From contig OZ024741.1 in NCBI GenBank assembly GCA_964016885.1, positions 108,252,001 to 108,316,000 on the forward strand: a stretch of 64,000 nt of DNA, read 5' to 3'. The notes under the pieces are model-generated. The model had not been told where the DNA came from and made no database searches. It saw only the letters and a list, made by a program, of their open reading frames with translations. Position 1 is the stretch's first letter. Every line of letters starts with the position of its first letter. A program made the position numbers and the translations under genes. Shown here in pieces: positions 57,126 through 64,000 of this stretch. The stretch is from Eledone cirrhosa. Its lineage: Eukaryota.

Positions 57126-57338
57126 GAAGAGAGAAGAAACATTTAGATATAATTAGTAATAAAATGTATCATACCTAAACTGCTCCTAGATTCCTCGACT
57201 ACGTAGTTTCGTGGCATAAACAAAAACAATACATCATAAAGATATATATATATATATGAATATATATATATATACATATGTATATATATATGTATATATA
57301 TAAAAATGTGTAAATATGTATATACATGTATGTCTATG

Positions 57339-57410
<72 letters not shown>

Positions 57411-57827
57411 TATATATATATATATATATACAGATGTATATATATGTATGTATGTGTATGCATAAGCGCGGAGACATAGAAATAATTGAGCTGGATACAC
57501 GATCACGTGGTTAAACCACTGGGAGTGAAGGACCCATAGCATTTGTCAGGGATTTCTCCTAGGAAAAGGCAACTCAGGAAACAGCGATATCTCCAGAATA
57601 AAACCTGCGGATCAGTAGTTACCGATGATGTTGATCTTTTCTTCTTTTCGGGTTACAGCTACTGTCGCTCAGAAAGTGGATTGGGCTCGGTACACAGTCT
57701 TTCCTTACTTTAAAAAAATCTTTATGCACAGGCATTGCATGATAGCATTCATTGATAATTATTAATAATGTTATATCGTGCAATGGCTATACTCGATATC
57801 GAGGGGGTAGCCATCATGTATGTATGT
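56811..57827 (+). mobile_element. Non-coding retroposon with (ATGT)n tail, probably RTE-mobilised; inverted partial copy at 59104-59577
   Basis: Long collinear match between 56910-57815 and the reverse complement of 59104-59577. 3' hairpin TGGCTA..TCGATATCGA..TAGCCA, then ATGT repeats. Confidence 0.7.
57121..57242 (-). mobile_element. Small PLE-type insert in (TA)n with a hammerhead 3' half (family O)
   Basis: Minus strand GAAA-CTACGTAG-TC-GAGG at 57193-57210. Confidence 0.55.
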
Positions 57828-58419
57828 GTGTCCTTTTAGCGTACTGGTTGAATGTAATTGTGAAAAATCACTGGATTAGTTGCACATATAGGCTACACGA
57901 TTATGGCTGGAACAGTTTCATAATAGATCAGCATGGTCAGGACATTTATGGTTCTAAAGCTGGATTTTGTCTAACCTCTGAATTTATTTATTTCCCAAAC
58001 TCATACCTACAGCAATATTTACTCGTGATTGATTATTCATGGATCATTACTAACACATCATTGATAACATATTTTGTATTAATAGCAATGAGAAGTGTTA
58101 TGCTACAGCAAACATTTCAATTGCAATATCTCTGTGTCCAACCATATATATTTTAAGACAGGATAATATTTAGGAATAAGCCGACAGATTTAACCCCCTT
58201 CGGTCAAAATGTTTTAACCATTAATTTCCACCAGCTTATCATTCTATGCAATCTCATTTCCAATCTATACTATAGATTCGGAGGTTTTTATTCAATCCAT
58301 TATAACCATATTTTTTTAAAAACTATGTTCCTATATTTTGATTCAATAACCTAGTCAGATACTACATCTAACACTGCAGGGAAAATTTTAAACAGAAGCA
58401 ACAACAGCTACTACTACAT

Positions 58420-58493
<74 letters not shown>

Positions 58494-58508
58494 GCATGCA
58501 CACACACA

Positions 58509-58546
<38 letters not shown>

Positions 58547-58555
58547 TGTATATGC

Positions 58556-58607
<52 letters not shown>

Positions 58608-59033
58608 TTGCATATATACACGTATATCCATATATGTGTATGCGTGTAATTGTGTGTGAGAATGTGTCCGTTTGTGTTGGGGTTTGTGTATGTGTTTTTG
58701 TGTTCCATGTATATACGCGTACATTTCAAAGAAAGGGAGGAAATATAAGAAGTTCATATATTTCAGTATTTGTGAATGTTTGTGATCATCGAAGAAGTGG
58801 GATCAAGTTAAATGTATTTCCATTACGCTGTTATAATTATAAGGCTGCCAACTATAGATATGTTAATATCTGTAATAGTGAATTACTGCGTACAGGTTAG
58901 TTTCACAACGTCTGCACTTAAAGAGGTCCGCAGAAAAGCTGCAACCAAAGTTTACAATTTACAACATTAAAACGTAATATGAAAATGTGAGAAACACAAA
59001 GGCCGAAAATTAATGTAATAAAATTTCATTACG

Positions 59034-59103
<70 letters not shown>

Positions 59104-61764
59104 ATGGCTTCCCCCTCGTTATCGAGTATGGCCATTGCACGATATAACATTGATGCTATCGTGCAATGCCTGCGCGTGAAGATTTTTTCAAAGTGAGGAA
59201 AGACTGTGCACTGAGCCAATCCCACTCTCTGAGCGACAGCAGCTATAACCCGAAAAGAAGAAAAGATCAAGATCATCGGTAACTACTGAGCCGCAGGTTT
59301 TATTTTGGAGCTATCCCTGTTTCCTGAGTTGCCTTTTCCTAGAAGAATGCCCCGATAAGGCTAGGGGTCCTACAATCCTAGTGGTTTAACTGCGCGATGG
59401 GGTATCTAGCCCGATTATTTCTATGTCCCCACGCATATACATACACATGAATACATTTATATTCATATTTACACATTTTTGGATGGCCGTTGACTCTTAT
59501 GAATTCTTCCGTCCTTTGTCAGGTTTTGTTTTTTGTCCTGCAGGTCCCAAATCACCCTCCTCACTAAGTAAACTAGGTATATATATATACAGACATACAC
59601 AAATATATATATACTGAGGGAATAACCAAAGGCTTTACTTAATTAAAATCATCTATTTCGACAAACATTTCAATACCAATCGTCTGCAGTAATTAGTTAC
59701 TTAATCAATGATATCGATGATAGTATATAAACATCTTTCCGAGTCACATGAGGAAACCTAATTATTTACATGTGTCACTTTGAAACGTTCGTTGAAATAA
59801 ATTATTTTAACTGAGTAATACTATGTGATTCTCATTGTCTTCAGTTACATCATGCCCCACGAATTACACAGTCAGTTTTGTGACATTCAGGATTTGAGGT
59901 GAATAACTCATGCAAATTTAACGCACCTTGTTAAAACACGAGTGGATATATCCACTTTCAATTATTCTCCTACATACACAGAAACACACACATATATATA
60001 CAATATATTTGTTATGTATATTGTGTAGCCTAATGACAACTCTAGCCGAAGTGATGTATTATCAGAGGAACACTACCAATATCTCTCTAGTACGTCATAG
60101 TCCAATGTCATTAGGTTTTTAAATATTATTTATTTATGGAATATATCATACTTAATAGATAAAGAAAATGTAGATTAAGAAGAAAGCATGGAATGTCAAA
60201 TAGGAAAATATAAAGAAAAAAAACGGAAAAGGGAATGGCAAGGACTATAGAATCAGAGGGAAATGAAGAGGCATGGGGAGGTTGATTGGTTGGGCTTAGT
60301 GTGCGGCGGTAATGAGGGTGCGTCCTTGGGATAAGACCACAAAAGCATTATAGTATGGTTGAGTGAATACATAAAGGCGCCTTTGTTCAGTGTTCAAATG
60401 AAATGTGATCGTGATCGGTTGCTTTTAAAATCGATCTTAGATAGATAACAATTTACTTCACTAATGACGAAAATATTTCTGTAAATTAATTTAATGTTGC
60501 ATTGTCTCCATTTCTTCCTCGCCAATTGTTCTTGAGAAATTATAAAAAGATAATGTTAACTGCCTTGTTCTAGTTTCTATGTACGCCATTAAATATATTA
60601 TTTAAATAAACAACTACGACTCCAGAAGTAAAATACTTCTCTCCCTGACAATTCAAAAATGGTTGAATATTTGGTACCAACGCCATTACCCGCTGTCTTC
60701 CCATCCTACATAGCCAAGCAAGAAAAAATTAGATGCTTCTGTTGCTAACCATTTGAATTTTCTGATAGATGGCTTTAGTTTCAAAGCTGCTGTCTAAAAA
60801 ACTTCTGAAGCTACAAAGTCCTGTCTTTAGTTTAATTATTATTGATTGATTGATGAAGGTGCTTCTCCATTGTAACGACTGCGCAGTGGATGGCACTAGT
60901 AAAAGTAAATAAGAATAAAAGTATAATCAAAACAAAGTTGACCTACGTCTTATTTGAATCAAAATGGGTTTAAAACTTTGTCGAGGATAGTACAGAACGA
61001 TACAATGTGGTTTTATATGAAAACGTGTGAAACAGTACAGTTAAGAAACCTTCGCCACATATTTTCCCTTATAAGTTAGTATAAACAGGAAATTTTCGCC
61101 TTAAAGGGCTTAGTAGAATGAGCCCTTGCCTCATTTTCCGAGGCGAATCTTATTACTATCGTCGGGAATTTCTGTTTCTCTGAGAAACAAACAAATGTTT
61201 GCTTTTCCAGCACATCTCATAAGATCCGTTAGGCTTCCTAACTTGTATGTCACTCCCGCTGTCTATTCCGGAGATGTATGCACTTATAAATAGTTGTGCA
61301 TTTCTTTAGGTTCAAAATGACATCTTCTGGGACTGCTAAATGGAACTTCATTCAGTGTCTTTGCACCAGTCTCTTTGCTTCTCTGGGGCTGGCTATATCC
61401 ACCTTAATGTCTGTTGCTGCTCTAGCTGTGACAGAATATCTACTTGTTTTTGTGGCAGTGGCAGTGGTATGACTTCCATTGTTGTTGTCAGCGCATGTGT
61501 TATTGGCGATAGGGGTATGTTTGGTGCTAGGGCTGTCATACTTGCAGTTGCTGAGAGCAAGGATACATTTCTCAAAATCTGAAAATAAATATACTGTTGT
61601 TTTTGTAGCTACGGTCACTCTTGCTGTGGTTATTATTAATGGAGCTGTTACTGCTGTTGCATGCATTAGCTGTCGTAATAGCTTATAAATTTGTCATCAG
61701 CAGATGAGAATCATACACATTCTCTATAAATAATCTCTCCATATTCGAAGTTATCTCAGATCAC

Positions 61765-62130
61765 AAAGGATGAAAGGCAAAGTTGGCCTCGGCAAGATTT
61801 TAACTCAGAACGTAAAGAACCGTAGTTAAATACCACATAACATTTTGTTTGGCCTGTTAACGATTCTACCACTTCACTGCCCTCATATAGGCATGTAATA
61901 ATAATGATTTCTACTATAGGCACAAGGCCAACAACTTGGGGAGAGCGGAAAGTCGATTAAATCAATCCTAGTGCATTACTAGTGCTTTATTTTATCAACC
62001 CCGTAACGATGAAAGACAAAACTTACCTCAGCGGGATTTGAAATAATCAGAACGTAAAAGGTCATAACTCTATGCCTATGCCACAAAGAATAGTTTCCGA
62101 TGCTCTAACGATACTGCCAATCCGCCGCCC
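61765..62130 (-). mobile_element. Two SINE family 1 copies (61765-61885; 61906-62130 with 17-bp TSD)
   Basis: AGGCATGTAATAATAAT at 61889-61905 and 62133-62149. Confidence 0.85.
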
Positions 62131-63509
62131 TAAGGCATGTAATAATAATAATATTAAAAGGTTTGTGACCGAGCGTGTATAATTTATTTTGATGACAATG
62201 TCTCTGAGAAACGAATGGTGTATCTAATAAACATGGTTTGTATTCGCAGGTGGCAGTCTTTATGTAGCTAATGTATTTCAGAAGGGAATAATATATCTGT
62301 TTATCTCCTTCTGTGTTTTAAAAAAATATATCTCTCTTTTTGCGTATTGCAACGTGGGAAGCATTTTCGACGACATTCACAAATAAAACTCATCTAATTG
62401 TGGTGTAAAACTTACTAAAGAAGAAATATACAAAAACAATTATTTAAAAAAAAATACCACCAATATGTTAAAGCGTGATGAAGTTATCAAATAGCAAACA
62501 TCTTATACATGGATTTTTTCTTTGTAGATTTAAATATATCTGGAACAATGCAGCAATTATTGCTAAGAGAGCTTCTACAGAGATTATGCTCAACAAAATA
62601 AATGCATCAAGTAAATCATGACAAACCAAAAGAAAAAAAGAATTTAAGCAAATACAATAAATTTAAAGATTAAATAATCGGAAGAAACGTGACTCATATA
62701 AAAAGATTAGGATTTAGCGACATGGATATAGAAATAGCGCTAACTGACGTCGTGTACACATTATGTAACTACTTACCGTGGCCTTAAACAAAAATCTATT
62801 AAACTTTGATTTATTGTTTCATAGGAATATGGAACATAAAAAAATATTATCCAATGTTTCATCAGCATTTAAATGAAACAAAAACCCAGATTAAAATCGA
62901 AAACACTTTCCATATTAAAAACAAACATTATACAGAGTACGTTAAAATCAACTGGAAACTAGAAATTGAGATTTGATATAGAATAGAAAGTAAAATAAAA
63001 TAATGGAAACTCCTACTATTGATAATAGATCAAAAATCTTAATTCAGGTTATTCAAGTGGGAATGTGTCACCGGGAGATGAAGTTGGCGATCTGCTTTAA
63101 GACGTTAGACCAGCAGCCATGCCATGCAGTGCAGGTGGAGCGTAAATACCACTCCACCGATCCACTGCCGGATAGATTTCCTTAGTCGGTAAACCCGAAA
63201 TCTGGTTGATAAATATGGCACCAACCATCTGCTTATTGTCATCATTTCTATAGGTTTTGCCAGCAGTTCGCCAGAGATGCTTCATTCGAAAGCTGTGTTC
63301 CGAGTCAAGTATATTGAATTTCTGGGATGCCCCCACCCCCACACTCCAAGCAAGAGAAATAAAAAAAAAATACACAGGATAGTCAAATATACGGAATGTT
63401 TCCCAAAAGTATGTGCAGGGAACAGAACGATTTGGCGATAAAAGAATTGCAGTTCTGTAGAAGAACGTATCATTCAATAAGGTATTACGAAATTATATCT
63501 TTACATTTT

Positions 63510-63547
<38 letters not shown>

Positions 63548-63736
63548 CAGAGAGATTTGGGTGTGTATTGGTTCCTTACCAACACTTCAATATGCAGGTT
63601 AGAGCACTCCACGAAATGCGCAGGTGGGTCTGTTTACTCCGGAGTAATTAAAAAACCAGAAGTGTAAGTTAGCAGGTTAAAATTAAATTCGTTTATTCAT
63701 ATTCGCGGCAATATATATTTCAGTGATAACCATCAT

Positions 63737-63999
63737 TCAACAGCTATGACCTCATCATACAGCTAAAATTTGAACAGAAAAAAAGGAAAATATAATGGTG
63801 GAACAAAGTTTACTTTGTTAATTCATTGATATGCCCAGATCCGAAGTGTGGTGCTGTTTACTCCAGTTCTTTGAGTAAACAACACCAAAGTTCGTATCGA
63901 GGCATATCAACGAATTAACAAGGTAAACTTTGTTCCACATTATGTTTTGCTGTTTTTTCTGTTCAAGTTCCAGCTGCTATATGAGGTCATAGCTGTTGA
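63737..63999. repeat. ~260-bp imperfect palindrome (MITE/fold-back-like), possibly continuing past the window
   Basis: TCAACAGCTATGACCTCAT...GTTTACTC-loop-GAGTAAAC...ATGAGGTCATAGCTGTTGA. Confidence 0.85.
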
Positions 64000-64000
64000 C

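Noticed and set aside
63060-63480. 126-aa minus-strand ORF, possible transposase remnant
   Set aside because: No motif I can identify with confidence.

Overview
Eukaryotic, AT-rich, gene-poor DNA dominated by (TA)n/(CA)n microsatellites and transposable elements. The SINE and LINE content suggests an octopod cephalopod; this is an inference from recalled repeat families, not a search. I found no intact host gene, and nearly all listed ORFs are microsatellite artefacts. Real coding remnants are Penelope-like element (PLE) RT-thumb/GIY-YIG fragments, RTE, Tx1-like, CRE-like and Hero-like LINE fragments, and a Chapaev3-like transposase N-terminus. There are also two tRNA-derived SINE families, a non-autonomous Helitron and minisatellites. 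The main signal is a dense set of about 17 mutually unalignable PLE-type families inserted mostly in (TA)n tracts. They share one 3' architecture: a minimal type I hammerhead ribozyme (usually with a family-specific palindromic stem III), a fixed mirror point where the inverted copy always stops, and 4-10 nt later a conserved bulged hairpin, NCTC-stem-loop-stem-(TT/TA/TC)-GAGN. This hairpin shows compensatory changes across about 10 families. Hammerheads and inverted pLTRs are established for PLEs. The cross-family tail hairpin, its fixed spacing to the mirror point, and the evidence that each palindrome is built de novo at insertion are the candidate new observations. All structures were paired by eye, and boundary coordinates are approximate to a few nt.
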